Shown here: positions 1-10,500 of the stretch, one piece after another
Numbering within the stretch: the first letter of the stretch is position 1
How the letters are laid out: the number at the start of each line of letters is the position of its first letter
Source: Nemertoderma westbladi
Taxonomy: Eukaryota > Animalia > Xenacoelomorpha
NCBI GenBank assembly: GCA_032718475.1
Contig: JAUCBJ010007166.1
Coordinates: 62,001 to 126,000 of the forward strand
Reading direction: 5' to 3'
Length of the DNA stretch: 64,000 nucleotides
The notes under the pieces: generated by a model
Databases searched by the model: none
What the model was told of the DNA's origin: nothing
Seen by the model: the letters and a program-made list of their open reading frames with translations, nothing else
Made by a program: the position numbers and the translations under genes

Positions 1-3
1 ACG

Positions 4-890
4 TTGTTCCTCCTCGGCTCCGATACGACATCCGCTGCCATCATCCGTAACCTCCGGCTCCTGTTCCTCGCTACAGCAGTCCCCCTGGAGTTCCACCCAG
101 ATGGCGGCCCACAGTTCGTATCCGAGGCCGTGAAGAACTTCCTCAACAACTGGGGGGTTCACTTAAACCCGTCGTCGCCCCACCTACCCCGCACAAACGG
201 CCACGCCGAAGCCGCCGTCAAGGTGATGAAGCGACTCGTCCGGGGCGCCGACCACGACGTCGACCTTATAGCCCAGGGTATACTCGCATTCCGCAACACC
301 CCACGATATGGAGGGCGCTCACCTGCGGAACTCCTCTACGGACGCAATTTCCGGGAAGCTTTGCCCGCCCACTTCAACTCATTCGACCCCAAGTGGAGGA
401 AGAGCTTCCAGGAACTCGACGAGGTTGCCGAACAGACTAAAAGCAACCTCCGCGCAGCCTACGACCTCCGCACCCACCCCCTCCATGTCATACCCGTAGG
501 GACACCCATCCTCGTCCAGGACACTACCACCAAGCATTGGACGGGACGAGGCGTGGTCGTCGAGGCACTGGCGAACCACGACTACATGGTCTGCCAGGAG
601 AGTGGACGCGTCCTGCGGCGCAACCGCCCACGCACCGCCTCGGAAAGTGGACAACCCACTCCCACCCCGATCCTACCCAGCCCTCCCCCGGTTATCCCGC
701 AAATCGCTCCACCCGCTGCCCCAGAGCCCGAGGCCCCTCTGCCAGTGACACCCCCGACCTGGGCCGACATCGCCTCACCGACCCCACCACAACGCGCGGA
801 CCAACGAACTCAATCAAGTACACGCTCTGGGCGCAATATCCGACCCCCCCCCCCCCCCAGCGCTATGGATTCACAGACCCGCTATAGTTG
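4..890 (+). mobile_element. Ty3/Gypsy LTR retrotransposon pol C-terminal fragment (integrase core and Pro-rich tail), truncated at the window edge
   Basis: DGGPQF...FLNNWGVHLNPSSPHLPRTNGHAEAAVK (rve core D..E), FRNTP..GRSPAELLYGR, GRVLRRNR and a terminal SGRNIRPP..RYGF, all typical of Gypsy integrase ends. The frame changes in the poly-C run near 845-858. Confidence 0.85.
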
Positions 891-1372
891 TGAAATACAC
901 AATCGGGAGACAGGGAGACCCATTGAATTATATCTACAATATAAATACTATATTCTTGCTCTAGTGCTGTAAAAGCAATCAAGTTTAGCTGTATTGGTAT
1001 CCTAGCACTGTAACTCAGCAACATAGTGTATCGTTGCTAGGCAACCAAAAACAATGCAGGAAAGAAGTATGTGTAGTACTTCTGCTATTTACAGTACACC
1101 TAGGCCTAATGCTTGGTTTGTTCTATTTCCATACTTATATCAACACCATAAATATACGTCATACTAAGTTCACCAAACCCCCCTACTCATATACGTCAGG
1201 CTCTCTACAGGACTCCCAAGTCTTTATATAAATCTGTGGACTTTAGAGAGTGGTCGAGCATTAGCTTACATTTGTCGTGGTTAAAAAGAAGTTGGCACAA
1301 TTTGCTCCAGCAGTCCAGGACATCCAAATCACGTCAATCAATCAATCACGTAGTGGGGCAATAGAGGTGATG

Positions 1373-3030
1373 TTACTACTACTACTTGGTCGAGCGAACT
1401 CGGACAGTGGAAATGAGATCCTTCCAGGCTTCCCGATTCTCCATAGTTGTCGCAATTTCGTTTCTCCTAAGTTCAGTATCCCTTTCAAGTTGATCTATAT
1501 ATATTATGGCCAGTCGTCCACGACTACGCTTTCCATGAGTTGGTTGCCAGAAAAGTCGATCTGGTATGACCTCGTCTTTACTTCGCCAGCAGTGCCCACT
1601 GAATCGTAATCTGCGTTCATGGAGGGTGGTTGATACAGGTGGTATTGTACCATAAAGCTTGGCGTTTGTCATGTGTTGTCTCCAGCTGATGTTTAGGGCT
1701 GCCCTTAGTAGTCTTGTGTAGCAACCATCAATTCATTGTTGTTGTGATTTAGTCAGTGTCCAGGTCTCACCCCCATATAAAAATACACTTTCCACTGTGG
1801 CTCGAAGGAACGTAGTCTTCAGGTGCCTGGAGAGATCTGATTCCAGATGGTATCCATTTTTTATGGATGCATATATTTTTTGTGCATCTGCTAGGGTATT
1901 AGAGAGCAGGGCGATGTCATCCGCAAAGTCGGTGTCTGTGACTGTAGTTGCCGGATATCTACTACTTCTGCGTTCTTGAAGTGTGAATCCCAGGTCTTCA
2001 CCCTTTGTGGCCGTCCTCATTGCGTAATGCAGCACAATTACAAATAGTAATGGTGCTAATGTGTCACCTTGCAGTACGCCAGCCAGGATTGAGAAAAACT
2101 CAGTTTCACCATCTGGTGAGAGTACCTGCGCTTCTGTGTCACAATATAACAATCCAATGCCAGCAACAATTACTTCTGGTATTCCATAAGCTCTTAGGAT
2201 TTCAAGCATTTTACCTCTACGGATGGAGTCGAATGCCTTCTTGAAGTCCACAAAAGTCATGACAGCGGGGAGATTCTTTGACTTAATTCCTTCAATCAGT
2301 CTCCGTAGTGCAAGTATCTATTGTTGATCTACATGGTCGAAATCCGTTTTGGCTCTTACTCAGTAGTTTCTCTATGTGAGGCCTAATCCTATATAGAATC
2401 ATTTTATTGTATATTTTGGCAGGTACCACAATCTGACAGATCCCACGATAGTTTGTTGGTATGCCGAGGTCTCCTTTCTTGCGGAGAGGCTTTAGTTGAC
2501 CTTTAGTCCAAATTGGTGGTGGCTTTTCCCCTTTTAACATCCGGTTGCAAACATTCAATAATGGTCTGTTTAGCACTCCGGTTTTCCATACCTCCGCTGG
2601 GATTTCATCTAATCCACTTGCTTTATTATTGGACATGCTTTTTATGCTTCTTTGGAGTTCGGCAGGTGTGAAGTCCCCTGTTTCTATAGGTAGTGTCTTG
2701 TCATATATTTTCCTTGTTGGGCTGACCTCGATGTTTGGTGGCTGCCCAAGCACGTTGCTGAAGTGATTTGTCCACTTCCCAACACGTTCTTCAGGACTAT
2801 CGGCTTTGAGGCGCCCCTTTGCACAACTTTTCCGACCAGATACCTCATTTACAGTTTGCCAGGTAAGTCTTGATTGTTGCTGTATGTGAGCAGTTGTAAT
2901 TGCTTCAGTTTTATCCTGTATGTACTTTTCCTGGCTGATGTTGTAGGCCAATTTAAGATCGTCCTTAGCTTTCTCAACCTTGTTAATGTTTTCGGTTGTT
3001 GGTTGCTCGGTTTTAACTTTGTAGGCTATC
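1373..3030 (-). mobile_element. RTE-clade LINE, 5'-truncated and degenerate
   Basis: Minus-strand RT motifs KASGLDEIPAE, KKGDLGIPTNYRGI, QNGFRPCRST, FVDFKKAFDS, GVLQGDTLAPLLF, FADDIALL, LYGGETWTL, RRLRFSGHCWR. The element ends in a (TAG)n tail (TACTACTACTAC near 1373-1385 on +). Confidence 0.9.
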
Positions 3031-4066
3031 TTAAGATAGTGATGTGATGTTACTGGGGTCGAATATAGTGCTGTCTTTGAGGTCATCAGCGAAAAGATGA
3101 ATGAGCTGAGTGAGTAGAGTTGAAACATCATCCACACATCCAAGGAACAAGAAAACTCCATCAACACTTCCCTGAGGAACACCGCTGTCAACAGGTAGCC
3201 ACGGTGATGTTTTCCCACTGATGTTGATGACCACGCATTGGTATCTACAAGAGAGAGAAATGCCCGAAACCAATTTAATAACTTGCTGGTTATTCCATAT
3301 TCCAGTATTCCAAGGGCCTGCAATTTGACAATCAGTCTCTGGTGTGGCACTGAATCAAAGACTTTCTGAAAGTCCAAGTATGCAGTGATTACATGCGATC
3401 ATCTAGTACTTTGAACCAATGGAAATGGAAGATACAATCAAGTAGTTGTAGAGTGCATGCTGCATGATCGCCCTTTCTGGAAACCTTAATGGTCATCTAG
3501 GGTATAACAGTATAAGGTTATTTTCCTTCATTTAGCTGTATGTTTCATTGACAACGTTTTGTTCCATAACTTTGCAGACCTCTGATGTTAGACTGATAGA
3601 TCTGAAGTTTTCAAGCAAATATTTACAGTACTACCATTCTTAAATTGTGGAGAAATGTTGGCGAGCTTCCAATTAATTGGTTGGTAGGGCTCCTTCATTC
3701 ATGGAATTATTCAATAATGAAGCCAGGGGTTCAGCAATTGTATCAGATAGTGCTTTTATAACTTGTGGATAAACTTGATCAGGACCAGTAGCATCAGACC
3801 CTCTCATTTCGTTGATTGACTAAAGAACTAATTCATATGTGAAGTTGATGGTAGATATGCTTGAATTAATTTATTGAGAATAGAAAGAAGATGTAAAAGG
3901 CTGAAAGGTCTTCTTTTGTAAATGCAGTATATATGGAAATATTCATTTAAAAGTGCAGCATTTTCGATATCCTGATATCAGCTGTAGCAAACGAACCATC
4001 ATCCTTCCTGAGGCACTGTATTGCTGGTCTTGCCTTTGCCCGTATAAATTTCCAAAAGATTTTGGG
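3031..4066 (-). mobile_element. Decayed CR1/L2-group LINE ORF2 fragment (target of LTR element 1)
   Basis: DFQKVFDSVPHQRLIVKL, WLPVDSGVPQGSV, LFADDLK and NPKIFWKFIRAK in broken minus-strand frames. Confidence 0.75.
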
Positions 4067-4071
4067 GTTAC

Positions 4072-5346
4072 TGTAAAAGCTTCTGTGGGATATAACTGGC
4101 CCCTTTGCTTCGCAATCCAGTTTCCCCCCAGGCGCTGGAATACTCTAAAAAGGTTCTCTAACTGTATAAATATTCCCCTCGCCCTCAAGGTACCATTACA
4201 GGTGTTTTAACGGACATAAAAGTCATTTTGCTATATACGTGTTTTAGCGGACATGGTAAGACAAAAAACCTGCAATGCGGCAAATACCTTTCATAGCTTA
4301 GCCGTGATGATTCATATTACGACATCTAACAGCTGGTTGCTGACATGGAAACAGCCATTGGATGCATGGTTCTTTGTTTGGCTTGAGCCAATCAGAGCGA
4401 TTTTTCCTGTCGATGTGTAGCTTTTCGGTCGATCATAAGGAGTGTGTTCAGTCTTACTGTTTTTTCTTGATACTTTGTTGTTATTGCTGTCTAGGCCAGG
4501 AACAACGGCTCTAGAATCAATTCGTTTCATACTTTTAGAAGAAACATTGGTAGGCTAAAATTATAGAGCGTATGACTGTTATCTAATCAATTCAATGCAA
4601 TTCTTAACAATTTCATTCACAATTCAATACTTTGTTGTTATTACTGTTCAACATACATTATTATACTGCTATTTACTGTTGTGTTTGGTTGAATATTATT
4701 TGGAGAACATATATAAAGAACCCAAATTTCCCAATTTTCTTGATACACTACAGGTTAGAGAGACGGGTTATATATAGCGATTGCGACTTATATTGTTGTG
4801 GTTTGTAGTGAATTTAATGCTATTTGATAAGCACTACATTGGTCCGTTGCTATTCCCTTTATATATGATAAAATTCATTGACGGTCGGCAAATTAGTGAG
4901 CAGTATTGTGTGTTACCAGTAGTGTGCATGATTGTGATTGATAACTAAGCATTTCCTAAAGAATGCGCCTCATACGTGAATCATAAGCCTTACCGACTTA
5001 CCGTTGTGATTAGTATAAGTCATATCTCTGTTTACTTAGATAGAGCGCCACGTCCTAAAGGAACTGTTAATATTTCCCGAAAGTAAATAATATTAGTCAG
5101 AAATTAATTATTAACGATCAATCGAATAATACAATACAGTAAGCTTCACTGCAATAATAATTTAAGCCGACAGAATCCAGTCTCCCGGGATTATCCAGCG
5201 GGTGAATGGACGCGCACTAGGCTGGCTTCTGCTAATGTTGTGTTTATTGGTATTAAATATTTGTCTTCTTCTAAAGTATATTATAAACCAAAAGACATAT
5301 AAATTTTGGCAGGTTAAACTGCTAAAGGTCTTCAAAAGCGGGTACA
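4072..5346 (+). repeat. 5' LTR of element 1
   Basis: TGTAAAAGC...GGTACA; direct repeat of 15402-16676. Confidence 0.97.
4572..4582 (+). promoter_or_regulatory. Predicted transcript 5' end / self-primer of element 1 (ATGACTGTTAT)
   Basis: Exact reverse complement of the 11 nt following the 5' LTR. CCAAT-type boxes lie upstream (about 4357, 4388 and 4546). The TSS is inferred, not observed. Confidence 0.7.
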
Positions 5347-5357
5347 ATAACAGTCAT
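5347..5357 (+). promoter_or_regulatory. Non-tRNA primer-binding site of element 1 (ATAACAGTCAT)
   Basis: Abuts the 5' LTR, has no TGG start, and is complementary to 4572-4582. Confidence 0.75.
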
Positions 5358-5689
5358 TGACTTTATTGCAGTAAGCAATAAAGTTGAAAGTACCGATCGA
5401 CCGGTAAAACCTGAACCGGAACTTCTGTAGGTCAGTAGGCCCAACTGCCAGAACCGGTACTGCGGTAGGTCCGTAGGTCCAACTGCCAGAACTGGTACTT
5501 CTGTAGGTCCGTAGGCCCAACTGTCCTAACCGGTACTTCCAGTATAAGTACATTAGTATTATTCGATTTTGATTATTGCATACCGGTAGGCTGTTTAAGA
5601 GATTAGGGACTGTACACCCCTTGTTTCTTTTGGAGCTTACTTATTTCTGTTAGTTTTATTTACATGTAAGTTAATATTGAGCTGAAGAC

Positions 5690-6290
5690 GTGTAAGTCTG
5701 CTCAGATTGTTCAGATAATTGTAGGCCGGACTGTTGTCAGATTGTTGTTGGGTTTGGAGAGATTACGGCGTGTGTGGAGTTTGTCCGATAGAGTGCCAGT
5801 TAGTAAGTTGGGGCAGCCATTGCTGTAAGGTCAATCCCCTCTTAAAGAATAAGTCGTACTACCGTGTTAGAACGCATACTAACTAACAATTTTGGAATCT
5901 GCACATACTGTAGTTTATTTAGGCTTGACAGTATTCTGCCAGCGTTTTGGCTTGTGTTTGTTTGTGTGGTCTGTTCAGATACCGTAATAGTTATTACTCA
6001 GATATTTTGTAGGCTGGATTGTTGTCTAGCTATTATTAGGTCTGAAGAGATTGCTGCTTGTGTAGAGTTTGTTTGATAAAGTGCCAGTTAGTAAGTTGGG
6101 GCAGTCATAACTGTAAGGTCAATCCCCTCTTAAAGAATAAGTCGTACTACCGTGTTAGAACGCATACTAACTAACCGTTTTGGAATCTGCACATACAGTA
6201 GTTTATTTAGGCTTGGTGGTAGTCTGCCAGCATTTGGTCTGTATTTTGTTTGAGTATTCAGTACGGGTAGCGTAATATTTATTATTCAGA
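5690..6290 (+). repeat. 288-bp tandem duplication in the 5' UTR of element 1
   Basis: CTGTAAGGTCAATCCCCTCTTAAAGAATAAGTCG... occurs at 5823 and 6111. Confidence 0.9.
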
Positions 6291-7580
6291 GTTTATGCGA
6301 TTATTCGCAACATTCATGTCCCCAAGTTTATTCCTACAGTAATTGTGTTTGTTACACATCCGTTATAGTTAAATTAACCCCGGTACTACACGGGCTGCTT
6401 GGCGTAGGACAAGACTGGTGACTTTGTGCTCTGGTCACTCCAGCAGATGCCGTGGTTCTTTTAACTGTTCAAGTATATTTAACTACTGATTATTTGTTGT
6501 ACCAGTACTTGTACCTAATTTAGGGTTTAGTGTACAGTGCTTTCCGAAGTAATTAGTGTGTAGGCAGTATATTTGTGTTGTAAAGTGGTTAATAGGCACG
6601 CTGGATCTTGTAGTCCGCGGTAATTAACTTCTAGGTAGGAACACTCCGTGATACATAACGTAGTACCTATAGCGATACGGTTATAGGTCGTCAGGCGGTG
6701 GTATTTTCCTATCTGGACAGTGCAATATATTTACTACTACTTATTATTTTCAAATACCGTAGTACCCTGTCCGTTGTAATAACCAGAAATCTAACCCTTT
6801 GCTAGGCTGGTTTGTAGACTTCCTGTAAAATTACCCTAAAAATTCGTACGTAATATTTTTGTTGTGTTTAATTAGAGAATTAATCTCACCCGTATCGTAA
6901 GTAATTTGTAGTATTAAGTAACTTAGGTAAATTAGAATTATCTGTTTTAGTGTCCCATAGGTAGCACTTCACTGAGAGCGCACAGCTTCTGTGTAGTGAC
7001 TTCCCCCAGAAATAATAACATTTATTTCAAATATTGACAAAACCCTTTTTAAACGGGTATATATATATTATAAATCAACTCAAACGATTTATAAATAGTA
7101 GGCCTGCCATACAACAACTAGGTCTCAAAATCAGTTGGACTACTGCTTAAATAACGGTAACAAAGTAAGTTAAAGTAACCAAGTAATCCTAAAATATTCA
7201 GAAAATCAATTATTCTAAAATAATTGACATACCGGTATTTATCATAGGCTTATTATATTTATTTCTATAAATTTGAGCTGAAATCATACCGGTATTCTGT
7301 AATAATTCTAGTTCATAATTATACTTATATATACTACAAGTGTAAGCTCTATACCGGTATTCACGATAGGCCTATTATATATTTATATATATTTGTGCTA
7401 AATTTATATACCGGTACTCTGTGACAAACCTAGTTTACAATACTTATATATATTATAAGTGCATACCGGTATTCTAATATACTGCAATAAATTACCGGTA
7501 CTAGGCCAACGGTCATACTGAATTACTAGACTTGCTTTAACTGTAACTATAGCAGTAGGCATTCAACTGTATAGCTAAAC

Positions 7581-10500
7581 ATGTCTGACACTCAGCAAAA
7601 CCTGTCAGACAGTCTAATCGATACAACCATCTGTGACACAGATAGGAGTGTGGAGCGTTTAAGAAAGGAGTTCAGCTCACCTCCTACTGAAAGAAAAGTC
7701 ATCCCTCCAGTAGTGATATCGGACCCTAAGCTAATCCAACACCGTAGGTCTATCATCGGCACTCGGGCCCAAGTCAAACGGAACCAGGAAGCAGCTGGCC
7801 CACAGCAGCAACAGCCTAGTCAAGAAACTTGTTCCCAGCGATCAGACAGCTCCAGTAGTTCGGATACTGTCGAACTGACCCCCGAACGCGGATTGCAGAT
7901 GACGACTAAAGCCTACTCGGACCCCCTTCTCACCCTTCCTGCCGCAGTGCTAACAACTATATTGATTGCGGTGGAGGAACATCAAGCAGATTGGGCGAGA
8001 AATAAGCGAGCGACCCAAGATGATTATGCGGGATACGCCAGGGAAGAATTGATGTCTATTGTCGAGTCACAATGGAACTTTCCCGGACCCGGACTCCCGT
8101 TAGATCTGTCCGAGGCTACTTGGGAAGATATACACAGGATGGGAGTGGCTAAAGATACGATGGATCCAGCTGTTTGGAAGAGGTCGGCAGCAGGATATGT
8201 GCAGGGATTCTTCGGCTCCTTAGAGAGATTAGAAGAACAACTGTTTCGACAACCCCAAGGACCTCAAGAGCAGGAAGAACTGCTATATCAAGTACGCGAA
8301 AGAACCCTACGCATTCGACTAATCCTATCGGCTTTTGAGGAAACTTCCAAAAGAAGACAGGACACGTCGCTGCAGGTTGCTGTCAAAACTTGGTTCCAGC
8401 GGGTAGGTCTCCAAGTGCAAGAAACAGACCAGTGGAAATCCCAGCTGTCTGAGAGACTAACTCATGAAGAACCAACCGATGCCACCCTTTCTCAAGTGGA
8501 AGGCGAAGAGACCTCAGAGAAACCACGAACGAGAGACACCATCGACATTTATCTGTCCGACTATCAGCGATTCCTAGGAGACGAAGAGTTGAGGAGACGG
8601 CTGTCTGGACTTTCCCCCAATAGTGAAGGAACTCAGCGTGTGTTAGACTCAATCGATGCTGAAATGTTAGCTGCTAACCAAGCTGAGTTTGATGAAAAAC
8701 TCCGCCTCACTAGAGTCCAAGAAGAACTAGTAAAGAAAAAACGGATAGAGGACCGAAAGGCAGCTGCAGTAACAGCGGCAATGGCCGAAGTGGAAGCAGA
8801 AAGAAAGGCAGCTGCAGTAACAGCGGCGGCAGAAGCAGCAGCAGAAAGAGTAACAGCGGCGGCAGAAGCAGAAAGAAAGGCAGCGGCGGCAGAAGCCGAA
8901 GCAGAAAGAAAAGTGACTGGGGCAGCAGCAAAGGCAGTGGCAGAAGCAGAACGGAGAGCCTCTGAGGAGACTGCCCAACTGGAGTTGGAAAATCTGCAAG
9001 AGACGCAAGACAACATAAATAAACAGTTAACTGCTAGTCACATGCAGATGATGAGAAAATCTACTCCCAAACGCCAGGGATATACGTCATCGGAGGAAAG
9101 CGAAACCACCGATCCTGAAGGCGGAGGAAATAGATCTCGTCTAAGTCGGCGTAGAAAAACATCTTACCGTCACAAATTGCCTGATTTGCCCCCAGCTGTT
9201 AGAAGAAAACTAGCTAGCACAGACTTAAGTAGTATAGAACCTACAGATCAAATTATTAAGGTCAAAAGACTCCCTACTATAGTTGATGAGCCTGAAATAA
9301 TTAGGCCTGTCGTTCCCAAAGTCACACCTGTGCTAGAGACCCCTGTACTTCCAGAGCTTAACTCTAAGTTCCCTTTACACAGTACTACACTGCCTGTACC
9401 CGGTAGAACAGTCCATGAGAATATTCCTGTCCTGGAAGCTGAGAGAGAAATCAAAGATTTGTCTCCCGTCGTCCCACGTCAGCCCGCTACAATGTTGGCG
9501 ACTCCCGCTTCGGCGGTTGAGTGGGTAGAGGAGGGACGGCGGGGGATGAATCTCCTGCTCGGACAGATGCAGGAGACTGTCCACCAGCTTAAGGGAACAG
9601 TAAGGGAAAGTAGGGCCGAATTGCAAGAAGTGCAGCAAAGTATCGCGCTAGAACGCGACAAATTAGTCAATATACAAAAGGGAATACCAATACCCCCTGT
9701 AACATTGTGTCAACCTGTTAGGTCTGAAGTATTACATGCGCAAGGTGTGGAGCCTACACGCATCTATACTGCTAGTGAAGTTGAAACTCCTATAGCAAAC
9801 CCTATTAAGGGTGATTATAGACCTGTTATTAATGATATTCCCTATAGACCTGATAATGATCCGAGAAATTTATATACCGATAATTCGATATTAAATAACA
9901 CGATGGCCCAAGAAAGCTTTACGCGGCAGATGGCTAGAACAGAAGCCCTCCAAGCGGTCAAAGTGGGAGAGATCGTCAAATTCAATGGAGATGAGATGAA
10001 ATGGTTACCTTTCAACGAATATTACAAAGATAGTATACAAAACTCTGTACTATCTAACGAAGAGAAACTTAGGTTCCTCATCAAGTGCTTGGAAGGACCT
10101 CCCAGGTTAATGGCGTTAAAGTTTATTGGACATCCAGATGGATTAAGACAAGTTTGGGATACATTAAACATCAGGTATGGTAACAAAGATAACATAGCTA
10201 AGTATTTGTATGCAAAATTAGTAGCCCCCCGACACTTCCTTAGTAGCGGGATTATAGAGTTTTCTGATGAAATTCAGGAGATCTGTAGACAATTGGACTG
10301 GTTAGGTAAGTCTCATGAATATCAGAGTTCAATGGTTATTGGAGCAGTAGTCTCTACTTTACCAAAGGGTGGAGTATGTACACGCTGGGACAAGAAAGTG
10401 TTGTACATGAATGAACAACAACGACGAAGTCCTACTATGGCTGATCTCATGTCCTTCTTAGATGGTGAGGTAAAACTACAACTCATCAAGCAGTCCAGAG

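Noticed and set aside
2292-3377. 361-aa ORF as a single protein
   Set aside because: Chance fusion of a CR1-like RT fragment with an RTE fragment across the junction near 3030.
4312-4777. Short ORFs repeated in the LTRs (also 15642-16107, 18670-18921, 30225-30476)
   Set aside because: Identical only because the LTRs are duplicated, and they are not conserved between LTR1 and LTR2.
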